DNA of 54,044 nt from Gemmatimonadales bacterium (GTDB taxonomy: Bacteria; Gemmatimonadota; Gemmatimonadetes; Gemmatimonadales; GWC2-71-9): assembly GCA_041613315.1 (NCBI GenBank), contig JBFJHJ010000020.1:1-54044 (forward strand). The letters are read 5' to 3'. Within the stretch, counting starts at the first letter, position 1. Every line of letters starts with the position of its first letter. The translations under genes were made by a program, and so were the position numbers. Positions 19,876 to 30,227 of this stretch are shown one piece after another. The notes below the pieces were generated by a model that made no database searches, was not told where the DNA came from, and saw only the letters and a list, made by a program, of their open reading frames with translations.

Positions 19876-20582
19876 GCGGCGGCTCCGCCGGGCAGCTGGG
19901 CGATGAACTGCCGCGCCAGCCGCGGCCCCGCGCCCTCGTCCTCGTGCTTGAAGAACACGAATGCGTCCTTCCAGGCCTGGCTCGTGACCCGCTCCCCCCA
20001 CGCGGCGAGGTCCCGTTCCGCGTACGCCACGCGCCGGAGGCGGAGGTAGCCCCAGTCCGCGGTCGCCACCAGGCGGGCGTCCTCCTCGTCGGTGTCCGCG
20101 GCGCACAGCGCCACGTTGTGGCGTCGCAGCGCGTCATACACCGCGTCGTCGAACCACGACGCGTGGCGAAACTCCATGGCCGCACGCCAGGCCGGCGGCA
20201 CCAGCGGGAGAAAGGCGTCCAGACGGGCAAGGTCTTTCTTCAGGTTGGGCGGCAACTGGAAGAGGAGGGGGCCCAACTTCGGGCCGAGCACCGACGCGGT
20301 GTTGAGGAGATACGAGAGCGGATCCTCCACGTCCTTGAGCCGCTGGAGGTGGGTGATCCGGCGTGATGCCTTGAGGACGAAGGTGAAGCGGTCGGGGACC
20401 TGTGTCGCCCAGTCGAGGAGCACGCGTTCCCGCGGCATCCGATAGAAGGTGTTGTTGATCTCCACGGTGGGGAACCGCTCCGCGTAGTACCGCAGATACG
20501 CCTCGGCCTTCAGGTCATCGGGGTAGAACGACCCCTTCCATTCCTTGTAGGCATAGCCGCTCGTCCCGACCAGGACCCGCAT
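19872..20582 (-). CDS. DUF72 (YecE/UPF0759) family protein
   Basis: GTSGYAYKEWKGSFYP, VEINNTFY, KASRRITH, LFQLPP, EFRHASW, YLRL. Confidence 0.93.
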   Translation of the reverse strand: MRVLVGTSGYAYKEWKGSFYPDDLKAEAYLRYYAERFPTVEINNTFYRMPRERVLLDWATQVPDRFTFVLKASRRITHLQRLKDVEDPLSYLLNTASVLGPKLGPLLFQLPPNLKKDLARLDAFLPLVPPAWRAAMEFRHASWFDDAVYDALRRHNVALCAADTDEEDARLVATADWGYLRLRRVAYAERDLAAWGERVTSQAWKDAFVFFKHEDEGAGPRLARQFIAQLPGGAAA

Positions 20583-20598
20583 GACGCGCGCGTCCGTC

Positions 20599-21903
20599 TC
20601 AGGCCCGCGCGCCGCGTCCGGCGTCGGACACGGGATCGGCGCGCACGAAATCGTAGCCCAGCCGCCGCCGGATGCCGACCAGCCGCGCGTCCAGGGCGTC
20701 CCAGCTTTCGGCTCCGACGTTGATCACCGCGTAGCGCGCGCTCTGCCCGTCTTCCACCCGCTCGAACTCGGCGAGGAGCTGGCCCGTGTGGCACTCGTTC
20801 CAGACCATCGTACCGGGAAAGAGCGCCTCCGCGGCCGTGATGTCGTCGGCGCTGGGCGCATGCCGGACGCGCACCGGCTCGAACACGCGCTGGGGAGCGC
20901 TGGTGGCGACGCGGTAGGTGCCGCCGCCTCGCCGCCGCCGCGGTGGCTCTCCCGTCGCGAGGGCCAGCGCGATTTCGTAGCCGCTGACGCCGTCCACCTT
21001 GCGGTAGAGGTCGGCGAATTGGCCGCACAGGCGGGGGTTGATCTCGATGATGTGCAGCCGGTCGGTCGCGGCGTCGTGGATCATCTCGATGTTGACCAGT
21101 GTATCGGTGAGCCCCAAGTAGCCGATCACACGTCGCGCGACGTCGGCCATGCGAACCAACACCGGCTCGGGAAGGCGCGAGGGGTAATCGAAGCGGGCGA
21201 AGCTGCCGCCGGGATGGGTGATCGAATCGACGATCCCCATGATCTCGATGGCGCCGCCCTGGGCGTACCCCTCGACGGTGGTCAGGACGCCATGCAGCAT
21301 GGCCTCCGCCAGAAAGTGGGCGCCGTTCACCTCGAACGGCGTGAGGCAGCCCACCAGCTGATTGAAGATCTGAACGTAATCCCTCATGAACTCCTGGGTG
21401 GCGGGGCGCGCCAGGAAGGCGCGCAGCTCCTCCCGCGAGTCTACACGCCCCGACATGACGGAGAACGCGCCTTTCACCGGCTTGATGAAACAGGGAAAAC
21501 CGGTGGAAGGATCAGGGGGATCGGGGTCGAACGGATCGACGAGGTCGAAGGCCGGGACGGCGTCCGGGACGACCTCCCGCTGGGCTAAGCGCGAGTAGTA
21601 CTTGTGCGAGCACCGGATGACGGTCTCGGGGGGCGACCCCGGCAAGTCGAGGGCCGTCGCGATGGCGCCCGCGACCGTCGCCCCCGGGTAGTCGCTCGAG
21701 CTCAGGACTCCATCGATCGCTCCACGGTACTGCTCTGCCGCCCGCTCGATGTACGCCGCGATGTCCAGGTCCCAGGCGCAGTCCTCGTCGCTCGGGTCGC
21801 CGTAGATGATCTCATAGCGGTCCTCCCACGCCCCGCGGCAGCGCTCGAGCTGGCGCGCGTCCCACGCGGTCGGGAACACCATCAAGACCCGCTTCTTCGT
21901 CAT
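20599..21903 (-). CDS. ATP-grasp domain protein (amino-acid ligase-like)
   Basis: CSHKYYSR, FPCFIKPVKGAFS, FLAE, TVEG, NIEM, IIEINPR. Confidence 0.85.
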   Translation of the reverse strand: MTKKRVLMVFPTAWDARQLERCRGAWEDRYEIIYGDPSDEDCAWDLDIAAYIERAAEQYRGAIDGVLSSSDYPGATVAGAIATALDLPGSPPETVIRCSHKYYSRLAQREVVPDAVPAFDLVDPFDPDPPDPSTGFPCFIKPVKGAFSVMSGRVDSREELRAFLARPATQEFMRDYVQIFNQLVGCLTPFEVNGAHFLAEAMLHGVLTTVEGYAQGGAIEIMGIVDSITHPGGSFARFDYPSRLPEPVLVRMADVARRVIGYLGLTDTLVNIEMIHDAATDRLHIIEINPRLCGQFADLYRKVDGVSGYEIALALATGEPPRRRRGGGTYRVATSAPQRVFEPVRVRHAPSADDITAAEALFPGTMVWNECHTGQLLAEFERVEDGQSARYAVINVGAESWDALDARLVGIRRRLGYDFVRADPVSDAGRGARA

Positions 21904-21967
21904 GGGCCGGAATGTAACACGCGGCGCGGAGGGGGTAGATTCCCGCGATGACCGAGGAGAACGCCGG

Positions 21968-24004
21968 GTGAAGGTCGTCGAGACGTTTCCGTACGCGGTA
22001 CGTGAGATCGAGCACTGCTGGATTCCGCTGCCGGACGGCTGCCGGTTGGCGGCGCGCATCTGGCTGCCGGAAGATGCGTGGCGGTCGCCCGTGCCGGCCA
22101 TCATCGAGTACATCCCCTACCGCAAGCGGGACGGTACGCGGTGGCGGGACGAGCCCATGCACCACTACTTCGCGGGACACGGGTACGCGGCCGTGCGGAT
22201 CGATCTCCGGGGTTCCGGCGAATCCGACGGGCTCCTCCTCGACGAGTACTTACCCCAGGAGCAGGACGACGCCGAAGCCGCGATCCAGTGGATCGCGGCC
22301 CAACCGTGGTGCAGCGGCGCCGTCGGCATGATGGGGAAATCCTGGGGTGGGTTCAGTGCGCTGCAGGTGGCCGCGCGCCGGCCGCCGGCCTTGAAGGCGG
22401 TCATCACGGTTTGCTCCACCGACGACCGCTACGCGGACGACGCCCACTACATGGGGGGGTGTCTGCTCGGCGAGAACTTGATCTGGGGCTCTGCCCTCTT
22501 CACCCTCTCGGCGCAGCCGCCCGACCCGGCGCTCGTGGGCGACCGCTGGCGGGAGATGTGGCGCGCGCGGCTCGAGCATCTGCCGCTCTACGCCGAGAAG
22601 TGGCTGCGGCACCAGCGGCGCGACGAGTACTGGAAGCAGGGTTCGGTGTGCGAGAACTACGCGGACATCGCCTGCCCCGTCTACGCCGTGGGGGGGTGGG
22701 CGGACGGGTACACGAACGCCATTCCCCGGCTCCTGGCGGGACTCCAAGTGCCACGCAAGGGATTGGTCGGACCGTGGGCCCATCTCTATCCGCACCGCGG
22801 GGTGCCGGGCCCGCCGATCGGGTTCTTGCAGGAAGCGCTGCGCTGGTGGGATCACTGGCTCAAGGGGAACGACACGGGCGTCATGCACGGTCCGATGTAT
22901 CGGGTGTGGATGCAGGAGAGTGTGCGGCCCCGCCCGTTCTACGCCGAGCGACCCGGTCGGTGGGTGGCGGAGGACGCGTGGCCGTCACCGCGGATCCGGG
23001 TCGAGCGGTATCGCATGGCCCCGGGCCGGCTCGTGACCGGTGCGGCCGTGCCGTCGCCCGAGAGACTCACGTGCCGGTCGCCGCAGACGGTGGGGCGCGC
23101 CGCGGGGGCCTGGTGCGGGTTCGGCATGGATGGCGACAGCCCCGTAGATCAGCGAGAGGATGACGCCGGGTCCCTGGTGTTCGAGTCCGAGCCGCTCCAG
23201 GAGCGGCTCGAGATTCTGGGCGCGCCGGTGGTGACGCTCCGGGTGGCGTCCGACCGTCCGACCGCGCTCCTGGCGGTGCGGTTGAGCGATGTGGCGCCCG
23301 AAGGCTGGGTGACGCGGGTAACCTACGGGGTGCTCAACCTGACCCGGCGGGCGAGCCCGGAGCGCGCGGAGCCGCTGGAGCCGGGGCGGCGCTATCTGGT
23401 CCAGGTGCGGCTCAACGACGTCGCGCACGCCTTTCCGGCGGGGCACCGTGTGCGGCTCTCGCTTTCGACGAGCTACTGGCCGATGGTCTGGCCTCCCGCC
23501 GAGGCGGCGACGGTGGAGGTCTTTTCGCAGGATGGCGCGCTGGAGTTGCCCGTGCGCCCCCCGCGGCCCGAGGACGCCCACCTGCCTCCGTTCCCCCCAC
23601 CCGAAGCGGCGCCGTCCGCGCCGGCCCGCTCGCTCGATCCCGGCGGCGTGCGGGAGACGGTGGAGCGCACGCCCGCCGGCGAGCTCGTGTCCACGACCTT
23701 CATCGATGTTGGGCCGGCTGGCGATGCGGCGCTCTCACGCCTCGAGGCGATCGACCTCGACGTGGGGCACGCCGTGATCGAGCGGTTCCGGATCCACGAG
23801 GACGACCCGCTCTCCGCCCAGGGCGAGATCACGCACCGAGCCGTCTTCGAACGCGACGGCTGGGCGGTCACCGTCGTGACCCGCACGTGCCTGACGACGT
23901 CGCGGGATGCGTTTCACCTCGAGGCGGAGCTGGCCGCCTTCGAGGGCGCCGAACGGGTGTGCACCCGCAGCTGGAACTGCACGGTGCCGCGGGAGCTGCT
24001 GTAG
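21968..24004 (+). CDS. CocE/NonD family hydrolase (S15-like)
   Basis: GAGGAG SD before GTG; LAARIWLP, EYIPYRKRD, DLRGSGESDG, GKSWGG, GGWADGY, GPWAH. Confidence 0.93.
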   Translation: MKVVETFPYAVREIEHCWIPLPDGCRLAARIWLPEDAWRSPVPAIIEYIPYRKRDGTRWRDEPMHHYFAGHGYAAVRIDLRGSGESDGLLLDEYLPQEQDDAEAAIQWIAAQPWCSGAVGMMGKSWGGFSALQVAARRPPALKAVITVCSTDDRYADDAHYMGGCLLGENLIWGSALFTLSAQPPDPALVGDRWREMWRARLEHLPLYAEKWLRHQRRDEYWKQGSVCENYADIACPVYAVGGWADGYTNAIPRLLAGLQVPRKGLVGPWAHLYPHRGVPGPPIGFLQEALRWWDHWLKGNDTGVMHGPMYRVWMQESVRPRPFYAERPGRWVAEDAWPSPRIRVERYRMAPGRLVTGAAVPSPERLTCRSPQTVGRAAGAWCGFGMDGDSPVDQREDDAGSLVFESEPLQERLEILGAPVVTLRVASDRPTALLAVRLSDVAPEGWVTRVTYGVLNLTRRASPERAEPLEPGRRYLVQVRLNDVAHAFPAGHRVRLSLSTSYWPMVWPPAEAATVEVFSQDGALELPVRPPRPEDAHLPPFPPPEAAPSAPARSLDPGGVRETVERTPAGELVSTTFIDVGPAGDAALSRLEAIDLDVGHAVIERFRIHEDDPLSAQGEITHRAVFERDGWAVTVVTRTCLTTSRDAFHLEAELAAFEGAERVCTRSWNCTVPRELL

Positions 24005-24026
24005 CGTCCATCCGCGCGCCGGCGCC

Positions 24027-24458
24027 TCAGGCGGCGGGCGTGGCTGTCGGCCGGCGCCGACGCCGCGCCCGATCGACGCTCAGCGACCCGGCTCCATGCG
24101 CGGCTATCAGGAGGAAGACGAAACAGTAGAGGACCGCAAGCTCACCGCGGTTCGCCCACCACCACAGACCGCCGCGCCCCACGTGGGACCAGAAGTACGC
24201 CACGGCCATCTCGCCGGCGAGAATGAATGCCACGGGACGGGTGAACAGTCCCAGGATGATCGCGAGGCCCCCCACGGTCTCGAGCATCCCGGCGACGCCG
24301 AAACGGGACAGGAGCTCCGCGGTCCCGCCATCGGCGCCGAAGCCGCCGAACCATCCCAGGGTCTTCTGAGCGCCGTGCGAAAAGAACATGATGCCGACGA
24401 CGATGCGCAACGCGTTGAGGGCGGCATCGCGGTACCGGTCTGGGGCGAAAATGGTCAT
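24027..24458 (-). CDS. DoxX family membrane protein
   Basis: LRIVVGIMFFSHGAQK, LE.VGG..I.LGLFTR, GEMAVAY, GAG.LSVD. Confidence 0.93.
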   Translation of the reverse strand: MTIFAPDRYRDAALNALRIVVGIMFFSHGAQKTLGWFGGFGADGGTAELLSRFGVAGMLETVGGLAIILGLFTRPVAFILAGEMAVAYFWSHVGRGGLWWWANRGELAVLYCFVFLLIAAHGAGSLSVDRARRRRRPTATPAA

Positions 24459-24678
24459 CGCGTCTCCTCGGGTCGTGGTGAGCCATCGTTGCCTTGCGCG
24501 CCGGGCCACCATTGGAGCGGTGCACGTCGGCACGAGTCCCGGCCGTCTCGATGGGCGGCGTGCGGTAGCGGCCGTCCGGCGCGTGATTGACATTTCGCCG
24601 CGAGCGCTATACCACATTTCATAGACGCTTCATCCTCCGCGCCGTACCGATGAACCACGCAGCCATACGAGGTGGGCA

Positions 24679-25332
24679 ATGACGAGGTTCTCGCCACACA
24701 GGGTCGGTCGTCGTCCTGCGTGTTGGCTTTTTGTGACTCTTGTCTTCGCGGCCGCGTGTGGACCGGCGTCGCAGAGCGGCAGCACGCTCGACACCGCCCA
24801 GGCGCCCCCGGCCGCCGCGGATCGGCTGTTGCTGGCGTCCGCCAAGGTCGCGCTCCCGCCCCCGGGTGTCTCACCATTGGAACTGCCCGATCCGCTGTCC
24901 TCGGGCGCCAAGCACCTGCAGAGCTATTGCACGGCGTGCCATGCGCTGCCGACTCCCTCGTTGCACTCCACCACCGACTGGCCAGGCGTGGTACGACGGA
25001 TGTGGTTGCGCATGGACTACCTCTCCTCGGAGATCGCGGTGCCGGTTCCCACCACCGCCGAGCGCTACGTGATTCTCCAGTATCTGCTGGACCATGCGTT
25101 CAAAGTGACCGCCGCGGCGCTGCCGGCCGGTCCGGGGCGGGACCTGTTCGCCAGTCGCTGCAGCCGGTGTCATGACCTGCCCGATCCCAAGCAACACGCG
25201 CCCGAAGACTGGGTCGCGGTGGTCGTCCGCATGTCCCGCCACAGTCAGGACATGCTGGGCGAAACGGTGCCGCGGGACGACGTCCAGCGGATCATCCTCT
25301 ACCTGGAGAACGCGTCGAGGCGGCGCTCCTGA
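24679..25332 (+). CDS. dihaem c-type cytochrome lipoprotein
   Basis: FAAAC lipobox; CTACH and CSRCH haem motifs, each followed by LP.P..H...DW..VV.RM. Confidence 0.8.
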   Translation: MTRFSPHRVGRRPACWLFVTLVFAAACGPASQSGSTLDTAQAPPAAADRLLLASAKVALPPPGVSPLELPDPLSSGAKHLQSYCTACHALPTPSLHSTTDWPGVVRRMWLRMDYLSSEIAVPVPTTAERYVILQYLLDHAFKVTAAALPAGPGRDLFASRCSRCHDLPDPKQHAPEDWVAVVVRMSRHSQDMLGETVPRDDVQRIILYLENASRRRS

Positions 25333-25391
25333 TCACCGCCCCGGCCGCCGGCGCGCTATGAGCGCGCCGGCGGGGGCTTGGGCGTCACGGG

Positions 25392-26378
25392 CTACGGAAG
25401 TTGCGCGCGGCCGATCGTGTTCGCGTCCGTGCCGAACCAGATCGTGCGCGTCGGACGGTGGAGCGTCATGTGGCGCACCGCTCCGGCGCCGCTCTTGATC
25501 GGGGTGACGCTGAAGAACTCCTCGGTCGCCGGGTCGAACCCCACGAAGGTGTTCGGCTCGGGGCCGGTCTCGACGAACCAGATCCGGTCGCGGTCGTCCA
25601 CTTCCATCGCATAGGGACGGGAACCGGCACCCGCGGGGGCCGGCCACTCCTTCACCTGCCCGGAGGCGGGATCGTAGCGGCCCAGGTACCCTCCGGCATA
25701 ATCCACATACCAGACCTTCCGGTCGGACGTGACGACGAGCCGCCGGGCCCGTGCCTCGGCACGGGGCAAGGCGATCTCCCGCAGCGTCATCGTGGCGGGA
25801 TCGACGGTGGCCAGCATGTTGGTGCCGAAGAGGGCGATCCACGGATGGCCCTGCCCGTCGACCACGATGCCGTACGGCCGCGCCCCCGCCGCCGGCACGG
25901 CGATGAGACGCACGGCGCCGGTCCGCACGGTGAGCTTCCCGACGAAGTTGCTCCCCTGCATGGTGAACCAAATGTCACCGTTGTGATCGAACACGAGCGT
26001 GTGGGGATCGCGGGCGGCCGGGTCCGGCATCGCGTACTTCGTGATCTTGCCGGTGGCGGGGTCGAGCTTGCCGATGTGCGCGTTGCGGTTGCCGGCGTAC
26101 CACACCATGCCGGCGGGGTCCACGATCAGGTTGTGCGGGCCGGTCCCCTCCTCTAACTCGTACCGGCGGAAGTTCCCGGTCGCGGGGTCGAGGAAGGCGA
26201 GGTAGTTACCGACCTGCCCGCAGAACCAGACGCGGCCCTGGCCGTCCATGAAGGGGTCGCGGGGACGCGTCCCCTCCCACGGCACCCGCCACTCTGTCAG
26301 GCTGATGGGATCGGGCGTGACCGCCGCTGGCGGCGGCACGAGCGCGGCAACGAGCGCGAGGATCAGTGCGTGTATCAT
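25392..26378 (-). CDS. Vgb (virginiamycin B lyase-like) beta-propeller protein, secreted
   Basis: Signal peptide; repeated P.....D..G.VW...N.IG..DPATG blades. Confidence 0.88.
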   Translation of the reverse strand: MIHALILALVAALVPPPAAVTPDPISLTEWRVPWEGTRPRDPFMDGQGRVWFCGQVGNYLAFLDPATGNFRRYELEEGTGPHNLIVDPAGMVWYAGNRNAHIGKLDPATGKITKYAMPDPAARDPHTLVFDHNGDIWFTMQGSNFVGKLTVRTGAVRLIAVPAAGARPYGIVVDGQGHPWIALFGTNMLATVDPATMTLREIALPRAEARARRLVVTSDRKVWYVDYAGGYLGRYDPASGQVKEWPAPAGAGSRPYAMEVDDRDRIWFVETGPEPNTFVGFDPATEEFFSVTPIKSGAGAVRHMTLHRPTRTIWFGTDANTIGRAQLP

Positions 26379-26531
26379 CGGGTCTCCTGAGAGGGATGGT
26401 CGCGACATTTGAAACGTACGCGCGGGAGCCGCCGCGCGTTGAGCGCTCGGGATCGGGTGCTTGCCGGCGCAGCCGCCGTCGGCTGAGCTGAGCGGGACAC
26501 ACCCGCATGTCGCACCGCCCGCTGCCTTCTC

Positions 26532-27665
26532 CTACAGCTGAGCGGTCGTCTCTGCGATCAGCATGTCCACCACGGCGCGGAGCGCGGCTTCGTCCGTCGC
26601 GCCGTTCGCCCGGGCCGCCCGGTAGGCCGCGACTTGCCGGTGCGCACTCGTGCCCCGCGCCAGGATCGTGCGGGCGTGAGCCACCTCGGCGGTGCACCCG
26701 AGGGCCTCGGCGTCTTCGGCGATCAGGTCCAACACCTCCTCCAGCAGCTCCCCGTAGGGCACGATGCGCCGCTTCCCCCAGTCGACGAGCCCCTGCTCGA
26801 ACCCGTACCGCTGCGCCCGCCAGCGGTTCTCGTTGACCAGCAAGAGGGCATAGCGCCGCCAGCGCTGGTTGCGCTGTCGAATGCGGTACAGCATCCGGAG
26901 CCAGCACACATAGAGCGCCGCCACGCACATCGCGTCGTCGAGCAGCGTGCAGACGTCGCTGATCCGCGCCTCCAGCGTGGGGAACCGCGCGCTGGGCCGC
27001 ACGTCCCACCAGATCTTCGTCGCGTCCTCGATCACCCCGGCGTCGATCAGCGCGTCCAACTGCCGCCGGAACTCACCGAAGCTGTCGAAGTCCTCGGGCA
27101 GCCCCGTGCGAGGCATCCCGTCCCACAGCGCTATGCGGTACGACTTGAGGCCGGTGTCCGTCCCCTCCCAGAAGGGCGACGATGTGGAGAGGGCCAGCAG
27201 GTGGGGGAGCACGTAGCTGACCTGTCCCATCAGGTCGATACGCAGATCATCATCGTCGATCCCCACGTGGACGTGCATGCCGCAGATCATGATCCGGCGG
27301 ATCACCGCCTGCATATCCCTGGCCAGGATGAGGTAGCGCTCCTTCTCGGTCAGCTTTTGGCTCGTCCACGTGGCAAACGGATGCGTGGACGCAGCGATGA
27401 TCGCGAGTCCGTGTTGGCCCGCCACGTCGCTCACGGTGCGGCGCAGGTGCGCGAGGTCGCTTCGGGCGTCCCGCAACGTACGAGACGGGCGGGTGCCCAC
27501 CTCGATCTGCGACTGCAGGAACTCCGGCGTGACCTGACCCTTGAGCAGATCCTGGCACTCCGGGAGCATCGCCGGCGGCGCCTCGGTGATCAGATCACGC
27601 GTCTCCCGGTTCACCAGGAGGTATTCCTCTTCGATCCCGATGGAGAACGTCGGTTCGGTGGACAT
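26532..27665 (-). CDS. ybdK: carboxylate-amine ligase (GCS2/YbdK family)
   Basis: FSIGIEEEYLLV, EFLQSQIEVGT, CGMHVHVG, LALSTSSPFW, WWDVRPS, ENRWRAQRYG. Confidence 0.93.
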   Translation of the reverse strand: MSTEPTFSIGIEEEYLLVNRETRDLITEAPPAMLPECQDLLKGQVTPEFLQSQIEVGTRPSRTLRDARSDLAHLRRTVSDVAGQHGLAIIAASTHPFATWTSQKLTEKERYLILARDMQAVIRRIMICGMHVHVGIDDDDLRIDLMGQVSYVLPHLLALSTSSPFWEGTDTGLKSYRIALWDGMPRTGLPEDFDSFGEFRRQLDALIDAGVIEDATKIWWDVRPSARFPTLEARISDVCTLLDDAMCVAALYVCWLRMLYRIRQRNQRWRRYALLLVNENRWRAQRYGFEQGLVDWGKRRIVPYGELLEEVLDLIAEDAEALGCTAEVAHARTILARGTSAHRQVAAYRAARANGATDEAALRAVVDMLIAETTAQL

Positions 27666-27869
27666 AGTCGAGGTGGTCGGACCCGTAGCGGTTGAGCCTC
27701 CGGCGGCCGCGGGCCGCCGGAAAGCATCGGCATAGACGTAATACGGCCACGACCTCGGGTTGGCAAATCGCTCGGTCTGTTCCCGGTCGCGATCTCGCCG
27801 TACCCTTTTCGGGGGGGCACCGGGCAAGGGCACCGCCCGTCCCAGATCCTCACGTCTCGGAGGTTGTGC

Positions 27870-30155
27870 ATGCGCTGCTCCACCCCCGCGGTCGCGCTCC
27901 GTGTCATCGGCACGCTCGCCGCCGCCCTGCCGCTCGCCACCTGTACCCGTGCGCCGGACTCCCTGGACGCGCTCGCCCGAGCGTCACTCGCGCAACTCGA
28001 CGGGACGATCGCGCTCGACGGGCTAGAGCGTCCCGTGGAGGTGCTGCGCGACCCGTGGGGCATCGCCCATATCTACGCCGAGACCGTGGATGATCTGTTC
28101 TTCGCGCAGGGCTTTGTCGCGGCGCAGGACCGACTCTGGCAGTTGGAGCTGTGGCGGCGTGTCGGCGAGGGCCGCTTGGCCGAGCTGGTGGGGCCCGACG
28201 CCGTGGAGCGAGACCGGCTGGCGCGCCTCCTCCGGTACCGGGGCGACATGGCGGCCGAGTGGTCCAGCTATCACCCCGAAGGGAAGCGGATCATCTCGGC
28301 GTTCGTCCGAGGCGTGAATGCCTTCATCCGGCACTCGGCGGATCGGCCGCCGGTGGAGTTCATCCTCACGGGAGTGCGGCCCGAGCCGTGGAGTCCGGAG
28401 GTCCCGTTGTCGCGTATGGCCGGGCTGCCGATGACGGACAACGCGCTGGGGGAGATCCGCTTGGCGGAATGGGTGCGGGAGTACGGCACGACGGACGCGA
28501 ACCGGCGCGACGCACCCGATCCGTGGGAGCCGCTCCGGGTCCCGCGCGGTCTGGACGTCGCCGCGATCGACCCCGCGGTGCGGACGGTGCTCCGAGCTGG
28601 GTATGCCCCGCTACCCCGGATCCCGGTGCTTGAGCGGTACCGGAGCCGGGCGGGCCTCGAGGCCGACTCGGCGGTGGCGGGGAGTAACAACTGGGTCGTC
28701 GCCGGTGGGCGGACGGCGAGCGGCAAGCCGTTGCTCGCCAACGACCCACACCGGCGCATCTCGCTGCCGTCGCTCCGGTATCTCGTCCACCTCGTGGGGC
28801 CGGGCTGGAACGTGATCGGCGCCGGCGAGCCGGCGTTGCCGGGCGTCGCGATCGGCCACAACGAGCGGATCGGCTGGGGCCTCACGATCGTGGGCATTGA
28901 TCAGCAGGACCTGTTCGTCGAGGAGGTCAATCCGGCGAATCCCGGCGAGGTCCGGTGGAACGGCCGCTGGGAGGCGCTGCGCGTCGAGATCGACACCATT
29001 CGCGTGAAGGGGGAGCCGCCGCGCGTGGTAGAGCTCGCGTTCAGCCGCCACGGGCCGATCATCTACCGGGACACGCTGCGCCATCGCGCCTACGCGTTCC
29101 GCTCCGTGCTCGCGGAGCCCGGGACCGCCGGATACCTGGGGTCACTGCGCGTGGACCAGGCGCGGAGCTGGGAGGAGTTCCTGGCCGCGATGGACGCGTG
29201 GAAGGTGCCGTCGGAGAACATGATCTACGCCGACGTCGATGGCAACATCGGGTGGCAGGCGGCGGGACTCGCTCCGGTTCGGTGTTGCGGCTGGAACGGG
29301 CGCCTGCCGGTGCCCGGAACCGGTGGCTACGCGTGGCGCGGCTTTCGGCCTACGGCCGAGCTCCCGCGCGAGCACAACCCCCCGCCGGGATTCATCGCCA
29401 CCGCCAACCACAACATCATGCCGCGGGGATATTCGCCGCCGTTGGGGTACGACTGGGCGTCGCCCAGGCGGTTTCGGCGGATCGTCGAGGTGCTCGCGGA
29501 CAGCGGCGGCTTCACCGTGGCGGACTTTCAGCGGTTGCAGCACGACGTGCACTCGTCGCAGGCGGCCAATGCACTGCCGCTGTTCCGCGGCTGGACCGCG
29601 GTAGACACTCGGCTCGAGCGGGCACGCGAGATGCTCGCCACGTGGAACGCGGTGCTCGACCGTGACAGTCCGGCTGCCGCGCTCTACGGGCGCTGGCGCG
29701 CGGCGGCGGACCCCGCCGTGTTCGCCGACGAGACGGCCTCCGGGCGTCGCGACGCGCTCGTGCGGGTCGCGCTCGACTCGGCCGTGCGGTGGCTCGAGCG
29801 GGAACAGGGAAGCGACTGGCCGGCCTGGCGGTGGGGAGCGATCCACCAGACGCGGTTCGAGCACCCCGTCTCGCCGGCGTTCGACCTCCCGGCGGTGGGC
29901 CGGCCCGGTGACGGCGCGACCGTGAACGTGACGGGCCAGAGCGGCGCGTCGTTCCGGGAGATCCTCGACTTCGCCGATTGGGACCGCTCGGTGGCCACGA
30001 GCGTTCCGGGGCAGTCGGGGCAGCCCGGCAGCCCCTACTATGCCAATCTGCTCGAGCCCTGGGCGCGGGGCGAATACTTCCCGCTGCTCTACACGCGCGC
30101 CGCCATCGAAGCCAGTGCCGTGCATCGGCTTGTGCTCCGGCCGGGGGGGCAGTGA
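27870..30155 (+). CDS. penicillin acylase family Ntn-hydrolase
   Basis: RDPWGIAHIYA, AQDRLWQ, GSNNW (Ser nucleophile), LANDPH, NMIYADVDGNIG, PGQSG.P.SP.Y. Confidence 0.94.
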   Translation: MRCSTPAVALRVIGTLAAALPLATCTRAPDSLDALARASLAQLDGTIALDGLERPVEVLRDPWGIAHIYAETVDDLFFAQGFVAAQDRLWQLELWRRVGEGRLAELVGPDAVERDRLARLLRYRGDMAAEWSSYHPEGKRIISAFVRGVNAFIRHSADRPPVEFILTGVRPEPWSPEVPLSRMAGLPMTDNALGEIRLAEWVREYGTTDANRRDAPDPWEPLRVPRGLDVAAIDPAVRTVLRAGYAPLPRIPVLERYRSRAGLEADSAVAGSNNWVVAGGRTASGKPLLANDPHRRISLPSLRYLVHLVGPGWNVIGAGEPALPGVAIGHNERIGWGLTIVGIDQQDLFVEEVNPANPGEVRWNGRWEALRVEIDTIRVKGEPPRVVELAFSRHGPIIYRDTLRHRAYAFRSVLAEPGTAGYLGSLRVDQARSWEEFLAAMDAWKVPSENMIYADVDGNIGWQAAGLAPVRCCGWNGRLPVPGTGGYAWRGFRPTAELPREHNPPPGFIATANHNIMPRGYSPPLGYDWASPRRFRRIVEVLADSGGFTVADFQRLQHDVHSSQAANALPLFRGWTAVDTRLERAREMLATWNAVLDRDSPAAALYGRWRAAADPAVFADETASGRRDALVRVALDSAVRWLEREQGSDWPAWRWGAIHQTRFEHPVSPAFDLPAVGRPGDGATVNVTGQSGASFREILDFADWDRSVATSVPGQSGQPGSPYYANLLEPWARGEYFPLLYTRAAIEASAVHRLVLRPGGQ

Positions 30156-30227
30156 CCCGACGGTGGCTGGCGTTTCGGCGACCCGCGCGTACTATGAAGG
30201 GACGTCCCGAACAAGGAGGACAGGATC

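Noticed and set aside
25392..26378. Streptogramin resistance gene
   Set aside because: Only the generic Vgb-like propeller with a signal peptide is visible; resistance function is unsupported
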